Notes: generated by a model from the sequence alone, not told the origin. A stretch of 63,392 nt of DNA, filler included, from Octopus bimaculoides (GCF_001194135.2; 6 parts of 5 records of this genome joined end to end with filler, not necessarily neighbours in it), one strand, 5' to 3'; shown: positions 26,389-40,142, counted from the whole stretch's first letter. A program made the numbers and translations.

Positions 26389-27312
26389 TATTTATCGATA
26401 TTTATTACATTAGAGTTATGTCCCTTACATCAAATTTCACGCGCGTGTACACACATACACACTCAAAGCCAACGGACGCAAACACACACATCAAAAAGAA
26501 AAAAGAAACGTACGCTCACGTGCACAGAAATCACACACATACATACACATGCATAAAACTTTCGCACACACACATGTACACGCACTCCCCTCACCCATTC
26601 ACGTGTGTTTGAATATCTGTATGTGGAACTAACCGCAAAAGCAATCTGTAGGCCTCCTAAGTTCGGGGACTAATGATAATTGTATTAATATTTGGCTGGG
26701 ATATCTATCTTCATTTTTTATCTAGCCGTTGTGGCGACACGAATATTCCAGACAGAGGGAGATCATTCTTTTAGAGATGTTTCTACCATCATGATGAGAG
26801 TGAAGATACGTGTGAAGTGATCTTTGGCAACCTTCCCTTTTACATCGGTAAATATTGGAAAATTTTGAAAATATTCTTCTACAATTTGGATGAATTATTT
26901 TAAATATGTTTATTGTGTGGCAATATTGCTTCAAACAACATATTCTCACCTGTTCTGCAATGTTTGAAACTTATTTGATAAACATATATTGCCTAAATAG
27001 GATCTTCTCAAAACAAGCGCAGGATATTGTAGTAGTTCCTAGATATACGATATAGGTGAAAATATAGTTATTGTCACGTTTAATGATAAATTAGCTCAAG
27101 TTCTTTTGGAAATAATTAATATTACTTCACTAGTTAATTTTGATAATTCATTCAATTCTTTTGATTTCTCTTTAGTTCTGCATAAATAAACTTTGACATT
27201 AAATATATTTTTTGTAGAATCATTTAAACTTATAAGTGGCATTTAAAGACCTTAAAGATTTTAATAAATTAAGAGTTTGTAAACAACTCTGTCCAAGAAT
27301 TTACTACTGAAG

Positions 27313-29490
27313 TCATCATCATCATCATCATCGTTTAACGTCCGCTTTCCATGCTGGCATGGGTTGGACAGTTTGACTTGGAACTGGCAAGTCAGTAGGC
27401 TGCGCCAGACTCCAATCTGATCTGGCAGGTTTTTTACTGCTGGATACCCTTCCTAACACCAACCACTCCGAGTGTGTAGTGGGTGCTTTTTACGTGCCAC
27501 CAGCACGGGAACCAGTTAAGCGGTACTGACATCGACCACGTTCGGATGGTGCTTTTTACGTGCCATCGGCACAGGAGCCAGTTAGGCAGAACTGGCTTCG
27601 ACCCACACTTGAATGAGGCTTATTACGTGCCACCAGCATGGGTGCCAGTCAAGCGGCACTGGCATTAGCCACTACCACAATTTCCATTTTGATTTTGATC
27701 TTGATTTGCTTTTGATTTAGATTTTTGATTTTACTTGATGCAATAGGTCTTCTCAAGTGCAGCGTATCACCCGATGATTCAAGTGTATTTTTAAATGGGC
27801 TGGTTATGCAACACTGGTTATGCAACACTGGCTGTGATCTCACTTGCTGAGTCTTTTCAATCACAGTATATCTCCAAAGGATGCGGTCTCTTGTCATTGC
27901 TTCACCACCTCATCCCATGTCTTCCTGGGTATCCCTCTTCCACTGGTTCCTTCCAATGTTAGGGTGTAACACTTCTTCACACAGCTCTCCTCATCCATAC
28001 GCAGCGCATGACCATACCAGCTCAGTCATCTCTCTTGTACACCACAGCTGATGCTTCTTATGTCCAACTTTTCTCTCAGGGCGCTTACTCTCTGTAGTGT
28101 GTGCACACTGACATTACACATCCAGTGGATCATACTAGCTTAATTTCTTTCAAGCCTATGTATGTCCTCAACAGTCATGACCCATGTTTCACTGCCATGT
28201 AGCATGGCTGTTCACACATGTATCATACAGTCTATCTTTCATTCTGAGAGAGAGGCCCTTTGTTACCAGCAGAGGGAGGAGCTTATTCTAGTGGCAATGC
28301 TCTCAGAGCATCCACTCCCACTACAGACTTGGTCACCTAAGTAGCAGAAGCTATCAGCTACTTCTAGTTTCTCCCCCTGGCATGTGATGGAATCTGTTTT
28401 CTGAATATCTTTGGTGTTTATTGCTCCTGTGCATCTGCTGCACACAAAAACTATCATCCTGGTAAACCTTCCTTTGATATTGCTGCACCTCTTATGTATC
28501 CATAGCTTACACTGGGTACATCTTATGGAGTTTCTACTTTCACCTTTTCTACAGATCAAGCAGAGCCATCTACATGAAGGGGGTTGTGATTTGTTCACCT
28601 TCCTACTTACTAGGACTTTGGTTTTTGCTACATTGACTCTAAGGCCCTTCAATTCTAGACCTTGCTTCAACACCTGAAATTTCTTCTCTAGTTCTGAGAG
28701 TGATTCAGCTATGAGAGTAAGGTCATCAGCATAGAGGAGCTCCCAGGAGCATCATGTCTTGAATTCCTTTGTTATTGCCTGGAGGACTATGAAGAATAAG
28801 AGGGGGCTGAGGACTGATCCTTTGTGAACCCCTACTTCTACCTGGAATTCTTCACTATACTCGTTGCTGACACTCATCTTACTGACAGCATCCCTGTACA
28901 AGGCCTGTACAGCTAGCTGTTACTAACCACTTGTCTATCCCTAATTTCTACATTGCCCACCAGATAAGGGATTGGGGGACCCTGTCAAAGGCTTTCTCCA
29001 AGTCAACAAAAGCCAAGTACAGAGGTTTATCTTTGGCTATGTATTTCTCTTGCAGTTGCCTAACCAGAAATATAGCATCAGTGGTGTTTCTACCTGGCAC
29101 AGAACTAAACTGCATCTCATTTAGGCTAATTCTCTTCCTAATTAGTTGGGCTATGACCCTCTCTGTGTCCTTCATCACCTGATCCAGCAGTTTGATACCC
29201 CTGTAGTTATTTCTATCTAAAGCATCACCTTTACCTTTGTAGCAGTTGACTATGGTGCTGCTGCATCAGTCATTAAGTATGACTCCTTTGTGAACTACCT
29301 GATTTACAATACAGGTGACTAGACTATAACCCACACCACCAGATATTTTAAGCATCTCAACAGTGATTACTGATGGGCCGGGGGTTTTCCCTGACTTCAT
29401 ATCCTTAATTGCTTTATCTACCAGGGTGCTATCAATTTGAGTAGCTGGCCCCCTCAACTGAGTCAACATTTGGTAGGCTCTCCTCCTCCC
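27313..29490 (-). mobile_element. 5'-truncated RTE-clade LINE with 3' UTR and (GAT)n tail
   Basis: RT motifs AFVDLEKAFDRVP, QGSVLSPLxF, LLYADDL, CYLGDQV; C-terminal WYGHALRMDE; UTR ends ..ggacgttaaac(gat)n. Stops and frameshifts present. Confidence 0.9.
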
Positions 29491-29831
29491 ATTTATTCTC
29501 TAAGACAATGAACTTCCACCACTAAAATTTTGGAAAGAAAACTATCAGAGCTGTTGATTCATTTCTTTGTGATCATCTGTGTCAGGCCAGAAAGCCTGAG
29601 TCTGACAAAGATATCACCAGTTAGTCACTGGAGGAAGTAGCGTTACAGGTCACATACTGTATGAGAGACTTGACACCTTGAAAACAAGACATTTGTGATA
29701 CCGCTCGGTCTTTTTGCTGTTCCCTCTGCTTAATGCCATAATTTTTGATTTAAATATTCTTTGATTTGAAAGTGATTACTCACACCAGGTCTTGTATGAT
29801 TCAAAAGAAATTTTGATAATTATATTAAATA

Positions 29832-30045
29832 TTGATTTCAAATTTTGATACTATGCCAGTAATTATAGAGAGGGGATAAGCTGATGACACCAACCCTAGT
29901 GTTCAACTGGTACTTATTTTATCAACATCAAAAAGATGAAAGGCAAAGTCAACCGCAGTGGAATTTTAACTTAGAACGAAAAGACAGATGAAATACTGCT
30001 AAGTATTTTGACTGATGTGCTAACAATTCTGCAGCTTGCCACCTA
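29832..30045 (-). mobile_element. SINE family A
   Basis: Homologous to 47650-47870. Confidence 0.7.
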
Positions 30046-30053
30046 GGTTGCTT

Positions 30054-30446
30054 TATAAATATATATATATATATTTAATTGATATAAGGGCATTACTATA
30101 CAATAACGCCTCACGCTAAGAGGGACTCCAGAAGTCAAACTACTATAATAAGCACATTTTTACCGATCGCGAGAGAATGCAACTCTCAAAGCTAATGAGG
30201 TTAGCTTTGAGAGTTGCATTCCCACGCGATCGGTTAAAAATGTGCTTATTATAGTAGTTTGACTTCCGGAGTCCCTCTTAGCGTGAGGCGTTATTGTATA
30301 GTAATACTCTTATATAAATTAAATATATTTATAGGGAAAAATGATGGGTTTTTTTTCCCTTATGAGTTTTTTTCATGCTAACTACTTGATAAATTCTTTT
30401 AAAGTCTTTATCCTATTATATATATATGTGTGTGTATGTGTGTATG

Positions 30447-30482
<36 letters not shown>

Positions 30483-30690
30483 AATAGGATAAAGCCTTTG
30501 TAAGAATTTATCAAGTAGTTAGCATGAAAAAACCTCATAAGGGAAAAATCCATCATTTATTCCCTATAAATATATTTATTTATATGGCATTACTATACAT
30601 AAATGCCTCACGCTAAGAGGGACTCTAAAGTCAAACTACCATAATAAACACATTTTTACCGAATGCGAGGGAGTGCAACTCTCAAAGCTA
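30054..30690. repeat. Alternating inverted triplication or foldback element
   Basis: Unit A of about 135 bp at 30054-30195 (+), 30201-30334 (-) and about 30563-30690 (+). Unit B of about 90 bp inverted around a microsatellite at 30420-30481. Confidence 0.85.
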
Positions 30691-30769
30691 GCCCCCTAAA
30701 AGCTGACTGAACGGTAGATCATGATTTCATAATTAATGCAGTAATATGCACCCTTTACTCATCAGTACA

Positions 30770-31900
30770 CGTATGGTCAAGACACATTTTTATAGCTTAC
30801 ACTGGGTACATCTTATGGATGTGCCCAGTGCTTTTCTATGCCTTTTCTACAGATCGAGCAGAGCCATCTACCTGAAGGGATTTGGGGTTTGTTTGCCTTC
30901 CTACTTATTAAGACTTTGGTTTGAGCTAGGTTGACTATAAAGCCCTTCGATTTTAATTCTTACTTCCACACCTGAAACTTTTCCTCTAGTTCTGATAGTG
31001 ACTCAGCAATTAGAGCAAGGTCATCAGCATAGAGGAGCTCCCACGGGCATCCTGTCTTGAATTTCTCTGTTATAGCCTGGAGGACTATGATAAATAGGAG
31101 GGGGCTGAGAACAGAACCTTGGTGGACCCCTACCTCCACCCGGAATTCTTCACTGTACTCATTGCCAACCCTCACCTTACTAACAGCGTCTCTGTACATG
31201 GCTCGCACAGCTCTCACTAACCATTCTTCTATCCCTAGTTTCCTCATTGACCACCAGATGAGGGATCGGGGAACCCTGTCAAAGGCTTTCTCCATGTCAA
31301 CGAAAGCCAGGTACAGAGGTTTATCCTTGGCTAGGTATTTCTCCTGAAGCTGTCTTACCAGAAATATAGCATCAGTGGTGCTTTTCCCAGGCACGAACCC
31401 AAACTGCATCTCATCTAAACTGACTATCTCCCTAATTAGTTGGGCTATGACCCTCTCCGTGACTTTCATTACCTGATCTAAAAGGTTGATACCTCTGTAA
31501 TTATTTGTATCTAAAGCGTCACCTTTACCTTTGTAGCAGTTGACTATGGTGCTGATACACCAGTCATTGGTTATGACTCCTTTGTGTATCACCTGGTTAA
31601 CTATATGGGTGACTAGGCTATAGGCGACACCGCTAGATATTTTGAGCATCTCTGTGGTGATTCCTGATGGGCCGGGGGCTTTCCCTGTATTCATACCCTT
31701 AATTGCTCTATCTACCAAGTTACTGTCAATTCGGATCGCTGGTCCTTCTATTGGGTTGGCATTTGGCAGACTCTCTTTCTCCCATTCATTCTCTTTATTT
31801 AGCAACCTTTCATAGTGGCATCTCCAAACCCCTCTCTTTGCAGCCTCATTTAATGTAAGTGAACCAACATCCATGTGGACACATTTCTCTCCTATGACAT
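30770..31900 (-). mobile_element. Second RTE LINE copy with a 304-codon open RT segment, interrupted at its 5' side by a solo LTR
   Basis: ORF 30960-31874: WRCHYERLLN, YRGINLLD, FVDMEKAFDRVP, HQGSVLSP, LLYADDL. Same family as 27313-29490. Confidence 0.9.
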
Positions 31901-32165
31901 TGTTATATGGACTGTTAGATATGTAATTCGTCTGACGTTCCGTGTGTCATGTGGTTCGTCTGAGTTCATTGTTTCATTGTTGTTGTCTTGTGGGACTGTC
32001 GTAGTAAAATGTCATTGATATATATATGGCGGACATGACTTTTGTTTATTCATAACGAACATTGGGTGAGTGCGTTCTTTGTATGTAATTGAACAATAAA
32101 TGTAATAATTAAATTGTATAACTCGTTATGTTATCTCTGCGAGTCAGTCCGAGGGAAACATAACA
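31901..32165. mobile_element. Solo LTR (265 bp) with GACAT target duplication, possibly BEL/Pao type
   Basis: Ends TGTTAT...ATAACA, internal TATA-like tract and AATAAA, GACAT at both 31896-31900 and 32166-32170. Confidence 0.8.
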
Positions 32166-32279
32166 GACATNNNNNNNNNNNNNNNNNNNNNNNNNNNNNN
32201 NNNNNNNNNNNNNNTTAATTAATTAANNNNNNNNNNNNNNNNNNNNNNNNNNNNNNNNNNNNNNNNNNNNGATTATTAT

Positions 32280-32543
32280 TGTTATATGGACTGTTAGATA
32301 TGTAATTCGTCTGACGTTCCGTGTGTCATGTGGTTCGTCTGAGTTCATTGTTTCATTGTTGTTGTCTTGTGGGACTGTCGTAGTAAAATGTCATTGATAT
32401 ATATATGGCGGACATGACTTTTGTTTATTCATAACGAACATTGGGTGAGTGCGTTCTTTGTATGTAATTGAACAATAAATGTAATAATTAAATTGTATAA
32501 CTCGTTATGTTATCTCTACGAGTCACCCGAGGGAAACATAACA
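32280..32543. mobile_element. Solo LTR (264 bp) with ATTAT target duplication
   Basis: Nearly identical to 31901-32165. ATTAT at 32275-32279 and 32544-32548. Confidence 0.8.
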
Positions 32544-32559
32544 ATTATTATTCATAATA

Positions 32560-32757
32560 ATTCTTTCAAATGTTGAGATGAGAGGGCAAGTCGATTACAT
32601 CGATCGCAGTACTTGACTGACACTTTATTTTATCGATCCCAAAAGGAAGAAAGGCAAAGTCGACCTCGGTAGTATTCGAGCTAACTACATAAAGCCGGAA
32701 GAAATGTCACTAAACATTTTTTTCCGGAATGCTAACGATTTTGCCAGCTCGCCACCT
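32560..32757 (-). mobile_element. SINE family A
   Basis: aagtcgattacatcga..aaaggcaaagtcgacctcgg..gctaacgattttgccagctcgcc (A-box region on the minus strand). Confidence 0.7.
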
Positions 32758-33169
32758 TTTAAAATTACATTTGCCATGCAGTGGGATCGAACCCCGGGAT
32801 GAGATAAACCCGGCATTTATCAGAAAAGGTTGAAAGAAAGTCTTGTGCAGGTTCTTTGCCACAGGAGGTCTGAAAGTGTCTCATCAGATCTGCCGGATGT
32901 TAAAGCCAGAACAAAACTGCCCGAGCCAGACCCAGGGAAAAGCATTGGAGTTACACCTTTGAATTAGAAGTAAAAAAATTGGATCTATCCCCACCATAGT
33001 ATGGGGGTACTTGTTTGGAATGTGGGACTGGAGTGAGGATGGCGTAAGATAGAGATGCGCGGAGCGAGGAGTGGAGACATGAGATGGTGAGAGAAGGTTA
33101 ATTTTAATTCATGTGTGGTAATGTACATGTACATGTGATTTGGGTGTAGCAAGCTTCGTCAGACCTATG

Positions 33170-33640
33170 GTAAGGTCGGCCAGTATGCCAAGACAAATCT
33201 GCATTCATGGGGGCACGATCAGAAAAGCTCACTCTTACAGTTAAGATAGATATCTGAATGGAGAAGGTTCTTTAGTATAATTCCTTTTCTCATCCAAGTA
33301 GAGCCTACTCCTACTACTGTTAAAGTAAGATTTACATGTTTCCAGTATCTTTCATTTGATGTAATGTAGAGCATTTTCCTTCAATGCCATATATCCTCGC
33401 TAAAGTTGTAACATTTCGCCTCCGTGATGTTAAAAGAGGATTTGTGAAGGTTAAATCTGATCCTGGAGTGACCTTCTGTAGCGCCCACATATTTTTGCAC
33501 GTCCGTTGCCCCATCTGAACCCTTTGACTCGTACTCAACGGTTTATGTATTGCAATGGCTGTCAAGTGGACATGTGGTGTTACCTCTGCATGAACAGCCA
33601 ACCTCTGTTTCAGGTTTAAACCTACTTTGTCATCAGCTTT
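33170..33640 (-). mobile_element. Penelope-like GIY-YIG fragment
   Basis: KYVGATEG..RFNLHKSSFN..NVTTLA..LYLDEKR..LNCKSELF.SCPH, with frameshifts. Confidence 0.65.
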
Positions 33641-33644
33641 TTTG

Positions 33645-33930
33645 TCATTAACTTCACCTGTGAGATACTAGTAATTCAACCAGGTCGACCTCTACGAATT
33701 CTTCAAATCTTGTATTGTTTGCAAGTGTCACAATATCGTTCATAATTTGATGTAGAATTTCTGCTTGTAGAAAGCTTGCAAAGTCACGGATGCAGTCTGG
33801 CCATACATTTCCCACGTATTATTCACAGTTGACTCATCTATGTAGAAATTCTTCGAGAAATCTCTTACTCTTAAGTTTATCTTCAGAGTCAATTGCTTTC
33901 ATAAGTTGTTTGAATAGTCTCGAATAATTC
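33645..33930 (-). mobile_element. pogo/Tigger-like transposase C-terminal remnant
   Basis: FKQLMKAID..VWPDCIRDFASF..IVTLANNTRFEEFVEVDLVELLVS resembles the Tigger C-terminus. Confidence 0.5.
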
Positions 33931-34369
33931 TCCTTTAAATTCTCCTCCCCCCCCTCTCTCTCTCTCTCTCTTTCACTCACACACACGCACACGCACACAC
34001 CATCATAAATAGAAATAGTTAGATAGTATCTCTCATTCCTCCACGACTACCCTTCACACAGTAGCCAACATATTACGGTAATACGAATTTTCTTTCTTTG
34101 CTTACATAATTCTCTTCAAATGTTTTTATGTACTGTATGGGATTAGGAATTGTTATATTCACGCAAAAAAGAAGTCATGTTGCTTGTTTGTCGTTGATGT
34201 TATTGATATTTTGAAAAAAAAAATCTGTCGAAACACATAATTACTTTATAACATTAAAATCAATGGAAAAAGTTATTCCTCGTGGCAGTAAATTTTCATG
34301 AACACTTAACGGCTAATAACTCAGATAATGTCCATTTCTTTTTGGATTTAACCCATTAGAAAAAAAAAT

Positions 34370-35460
34370 GACGGAAACGATACTTTGAACAAATGCAATT
34401 TTTCTTAAAAGCAATTTTTACGAAGCTTTCAACAAAAGAAATTTTTCCTAAAGTGCTACTAGAAGTGCAAAAATAGTTTAGGACGGAGCTGTTTCAAACA
34501 CACTCGCCTACGAGAGATAAGTTTAAAGCAGATGGAACTGTTCAGAATGTCCACAAGAAACGTTTCAGAAGACTTCGGATGGCGACCAAGCAAGAAAGTA
34601 TACTAGAAACGTTTGGCCAAAGTTCAAGAAAATTTGTACGTCAAGCAGGTCATGAAATAGAAATTTCAAAATCAACATTTTAAAGTACTGTCATTGGAAA
34701 AGTTACATTTTAAGAATAGTCCACGCTCTCAATCGAAATAATTCGGAGTGAAAAGGGAAGTTTTGAGAACCGTACTTGGCAAGATGTGTCGAAGATGCAC
34801 ACTTTCCAACAAAGATTGTTTGCAGTGTTGAGGCTATATTTAAATGAAATGGTTCTGTTAACCACCACAATTGTACCTGCCGAGGACCTTTACGCCTGAG
34901 TTCAAATTCCACCAAGTTGACTTTGTCTGTCATCTTTTCGGGGTCGATAAAATAAGTACCAGTTGAATACTGTTGTCAATGTAATCGGCTGCCCCACACA
35001 CCCGAACTTGTTGCTTTGTGCCAAAACTTGAAATCAATTTACTAGGAATTATAGTATGATGCGGTTTATTGTTTAATTGAACTCTTCTTTATTTATGCTA
35101 GTGTGACTGGTCCCTATAACTTAAATGTGCTGCGGCAATCTGCCATGCCAAGCATTCAAGGGGAATTGGAAGATATACAGTTTTATTTCTAGCAAGATAG
35201 GGCACCCCACACCACTTTACTAATATAAGAGCCTACTTTGATGAGATTTTACCAAAGAGGTGGAAGAGGTTGCCTTCTGCGCCCACCGGACCACAGACTG
35301 TACGACCTTTTTTGATGGGGATACTTAAAAGGCAAAGTTTATGGTACAAAACCAGCAACAGTCGTTACATTGAGGGCAGCCATTGAACGAGAACACCGAA
35401 CGAAATGTTTCTTAATGTTTGCGACTGCTTCGTGCCTGGACCAGAACGGTCATCAGCTAG
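34370..35460 (+). mobile_element. Fragmented Tc1/mariner-superfamily element (WPPRSPDLTPxDFFLWG type)
   Basis: RDKFKADGTVQNVHKKR (HTH region), and near 35290-35390 ..WGYLKGKVYGTKPATV..LRAAIERE. Split by a SINE. Confidence 0.6.
34895..35040 (+). mobile_element. SINE family A, 5'-truncated, plus strand
   Basis: gagttcaaattccacc (B box)..cggggtcgataaaataagtaccagttga. Confidence 0.7.
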
Positions 35461-35769
35461 CAAACAGGAGTTCGAGAGAGTTAGTATGTGAAAGCACGTG
35501 TTTGGATATATGAAAAACAAAATAGATTGAAAAAACTACCGAAGACTTGTATTATATGGTTAAAAAATATATTAAAAATCGTCATTTTAAGGAAAATGTT
35601 ATAAAATGTTGTGTGTAGTGACATTATTTTTGGAGAAATAACCGGTTTCGTATTTTCTTTTCAAAATTTCTCAAATTTCTTTACCGATATTGTGTCATCT
35701 CTTCGCTATGGTGTGATGTAGAAGAGTTCCAAACAGGGGAAGGTAATCAGGTATTTTTCGGTATAAGGA

Positions 35770-36600
35770 AGATAATCAAAAATGTTGAGAATGATTAGGT
35801 TTTGTTAATTTAACATGATTTGGTTTGATAGAATAAAATGTTAGAAGTGGTTAAGTTTGGTTTTTCAATGAAGTAAGTTTCCTTATTTAAAAATGCTAGA
35901 AATGGTTAAGTTTTGGCTTATATTTTTCAATGAAGAAGGTTTCCTTATTTAATTTACTTTGTGTTGGTGTTCCAATGGCACATTGATAGAATGAAAAGAT
36001 TATAAATTGTGGTAGCAGTTGCTTTGCGCATTTCTTAATGTGCTCACTAAAGGGTGTCATTCTGTATTCTGGGAATGCAATCTGCTGTCGGTGCATAGTG
36101 CATCTGCGTCTGAGGGATAATCCCGTGTACCCTATGTAGTTTTGGTGGCAGCCCAAGCATCTTATAACATAAATCAGGTTTTCTGAGGTACAAGTAAAAT
36201 CAGATTTGATTTTGAATTTTTGTCTTTCTTTAAAAAGGAATTCTGATCCTTTTAGAAGGTTTGGACATGTTGCGCAATTTGGTCGACCACATTTTTTCAC
36301 TTTTGCGTCCGTTATTTAAGAAAATAATTTTGCCTTTGTGAGGATCTTTTTTAGCGACTTCGGTTGTTTGTGGCTTTTAATGATCTTATATGCGTGTAAA
36401 ATTTCCTTTAATTTGGGGTCCTTATGTAGCATTGGTAGATTTTGGGTGATGATGGTGAAGGCTTCTTTGTTTCTGGGGTTGTATGTGGAAATGCATGGCA
36501 GTATTTTCGGGGAAGGTGTGTTGCTGAGTTGAACTTTTCTTAAGGATTTCTTATGTCGATTTGTGTTACACGTCTGGTTCCATCCTCTACGTATTGAACT
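35770..36600 (-). mobile_element. Penelope-like element with an open GIY-YIG domain and a duplicated ORF end
   Basis: ORF 35896-36300: KCGRPNCATC..FTCTSENLIYVIRCLGCHQNYIGYTG..RCTMHR..KETFFIEKYKPKLN. The last roughly 50 bp are repeated at 35842-35892. Confidence 0.85.
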
Positions 36601-36934
36601 GGGTAGTGTCTGTCAGAAAAAATTAACGCTGGCAAGTAAGCAAAAATAAAGCAAAAATAAAATAGAACAGAGTGGTGAAAATAATTACAGGCAGTAAGCA
36701 AAAATATCCAAAAACACAAGCCAAGCTGAAGAACAAACCGAATAAACTACACGCGGTTGAAAAATGTATTTACTAGAGATGACCCAGAATTTGTTGCTCT
36801 TCGATTACTTTCGCAAACAGCAGTAACTTTCTTCGGTTGAATACACGTCATTGATTGGTTAAAATTACCCAAATACAACTTTAACACGGAATAACTTCTA
36901 AATACGAAATGTTGTAAAAAAAATGTTCAGAGTA

Positions 36935-37272
36935 AACCGTGTTCTACGTGAAGTCCTCATTAAAGGCTTGTGATATGCAGGAGACTGACTGGGAGAGCAA
37001 TGCCAGTCATCGCCACAGATGGAGGAAGCAGGTTAAGGAGGGAGTCGATACCTTTGAGCGAGCACATATTCTGCGTGAAGAATATAAGCGTGCTGCTCGA
37101 AAGCGCAATGGGGGAAGCTTGGTCTGCAATGCTTGCAGCCGTGTATGCTTGTCAAGAGCAGGGTTCATTAGCCACCAACGGAGCCGCAAATGCAAAATAT
37201 TAGTCCTAGAGCGCACAATGTTCCTGAAGGTCGGCAATGGTCTTCCTCAGTTACGAGTGGACGGCCATCATG
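36935..37272 (+). mobile_element. RTE-BovB-like LINE 3' end
   Basis: KSSLKACD..WESNASHRHRWRKQVKEGV..CNACSRVCLSRAGFISHQR. Confidence 0.8.
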
Positions 37273-37639
37273 TATGTATGTATGTATGTATGGATGGATG
37301 GATGGATGGATGGATGTGTATATGCATGCATGTATGTATGTATGTATGTGTGTACGTATGTGTATGTGTGTGGGGGTGGAGAGAGAGGAAGAGAGAGAAA
37401 GAGACAAGTTCTAATCCAACCCACAATTCCTTTTCTTCTGTCTCACTCACTTCTAGTCACCTTAGGGGTCCACCCTGCACCTTATCTTTTTCCAGCTCCA
37501 CCCACATTTCTATAATGCAATTAACCTTGGAGATTTCCTTTGCAACTAGAAACCAATTCTGGTCTGGTCCTTTAGTGTTGCGAGCTGCTTGGTGACATCA
37601 CTAGTGCTGACACCACGAGCAAAACAGAACACCTAGCAT

Positions 37640-38250
<611 letters not shown>

Positions 38251-38324
38251 GATGATGATGATGATGTGTGTGTGCGCGCAAGTGTGTGTGTGAATGTGTT
38301 AGTGTGAGTGCGCGCGTGCATACA

Positions 38325-39115
38325 TGATGGCCGTCCACTCGTGACCGAGGAAGACCATTGCTGACCTTCAGGAACATTGTACGCTCTAGGACTAACTTAT
38401 ATTTTGCATTTGTGGCTCCGTTGATGGCTAATGAACCCTGCTCTTGACAAGCATACACGGTTGCAAGCATTGCAGACCAAGCTTTCCCCATTCACTACAC
38501 CAGCTATGCGCTTTCGAGCAGCACGCTTAAATTCTTCATGCAGAATAAGTGCTTCTCAAAAGTGTCTACCCATTCCTTAACCTGCTTCCTGCATCTGTGG
38601 CGATGACAAGCATTGTTCTCCCAGTCAGTTTCCAGCATATCACAGGCCTTTAATGAGGACTTGACACAGTCCTTACATCGCAGCCTTGGTTTCTGTCGGG
38701 GTCTCTTTTCACGGGATCCTGCTATCCCTCATTCTAATAAGGTGTCCAGTTCAACGTAACCGCTAATTGGGCACCAGCACCTTAATACTCTAAATATCAG
38801 CTGTTCTCAGGACCTGTGTGTCTGGAGTTGTTGAGATCCAGCCAACATTCAGAATGTGTCTGAGACATCAGTACACATGCACGGTACACAGCAATGTTTG
38901 TTTGCTTTGTGATGCCATGCTGGGACCAGATGCAAGACTGAAGAGACCGGAAGGAATCAGTTTCTTTCTGCAGCCTGAAAGATATTTCATCATCCAGGGA
39001 GCAAGAAGAGTTGAGTGTGCTGCCCAGGTAGATAAACTTGTCTACCACTTTCAGAATTGTTCCTTCAACCAAGATAGCTGGTTCCACATATTGATTTCCT
39101 GGTGCAGGCTGGAAC
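38325..39115 (-). mobile_element. RTE-BovB-like LINE 3' part
   Basis: VVDKFIYLGSTL..LDDEISFRL..AVYRACVL; its 3' end is the inverse of 36935-37272. Confidence 0.8.
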
Positions 39116-39590
39116 ATAGATGTCAAAGCAGACAATGGAACACAATGCAGTCCTCGGACCTGTTGGATCCTGTCAAATCGTTCGACCCATGCCAGTATGG
39201 AAAAGGGACGCTAAAAGATGATGATGATGCGCGTGTGTGGCTGTGTGGTAAGAAGCTGCTCCTCAAACATTTGGTACCGGGTTCAGCCCCACTGCGTGAC
39301 GCCTTGCGCTAGTGTCTTCAACTATAGCCTCGGGCCAACCAAAACTTTATGAGTGGACTTGGTAGACGAAAACTGAAAGAAGCTCATCGTACACACACAC
39401 GCACACACACACCGCTTGACAACTGGTGCTGGTGTGTTTACGCTCCGTAAATCAGCAGTTCGGCAAAAGAGTCGACTGAATAAGTACTAAGCTTTTAAAA
39501 ATAAGTCCTAGAGTCGATTTGTTCGACTGAAACCCTTCAAGTCGGTGCTCCAGCAAAGCCACAGTCAAATAGCTGAAAGAAGTAAAAGTT
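39115..39590 (+). mobile_element. Second copy of the RTE-tail plus SINE B composite
   Basis: Near-identical to about 37687-38250, with a shorter (CA)n. Confidence 0.75.
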
Positions 39591-40142
39591 AGAAGATGAT
39601 GATGATGATGATGATGATGACGATGATGATGATGTATGTGCGCTCATGTGTGAGTGTGAATGTGTGCGCGCGCGCGTACATACATACACACAATCATGCA
39701 GATCGATCGATCGATCGATCGATAGATAGATAGATAGATAGATATAGATATATAGATATTTTTAGGAACATAATGCCATTTTTGACAGTGTACAATTAAT
39801 TCTAATTAATTTGGGAATCTGAAATATTTGCTGCTGAGGTAAGTTAGTCCCTTAATTAATTAATACTCATTTTATCGCACCGAGGAGGCAATATTTGATT
39901 TCAGAACAGAAGCGAGTAAATACTGGATAGTGCTTTTTTGGCTGATTTTATCTATTTCTTCGTTCGAACAATTGTCTTGTATTGATTAAGTGAATCGACA
40001 CAGATTATGCGGATAGCTACGGTTTTGTACGGAGATTACCGAACGAGCTACTTCTGTGATCTGTGTTAAGTGTCAACCGTAGCAAACGTCTCGGTAATTA
40101 CCTAAACATAAATAGACGTTTCCTGGAAAGCAAAGCAAAAAT

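Noticed and set aside
32840-32890. CTGATGA on the minus strand in the PLE tail
   Set aside because: No GAAA or helix III follows at a workable distance.
35636-35710. GAAACCGGTT palindrome downstream of the 36 kb PLE
   Set aside because: No intact CTGANGA and no convincing helices.
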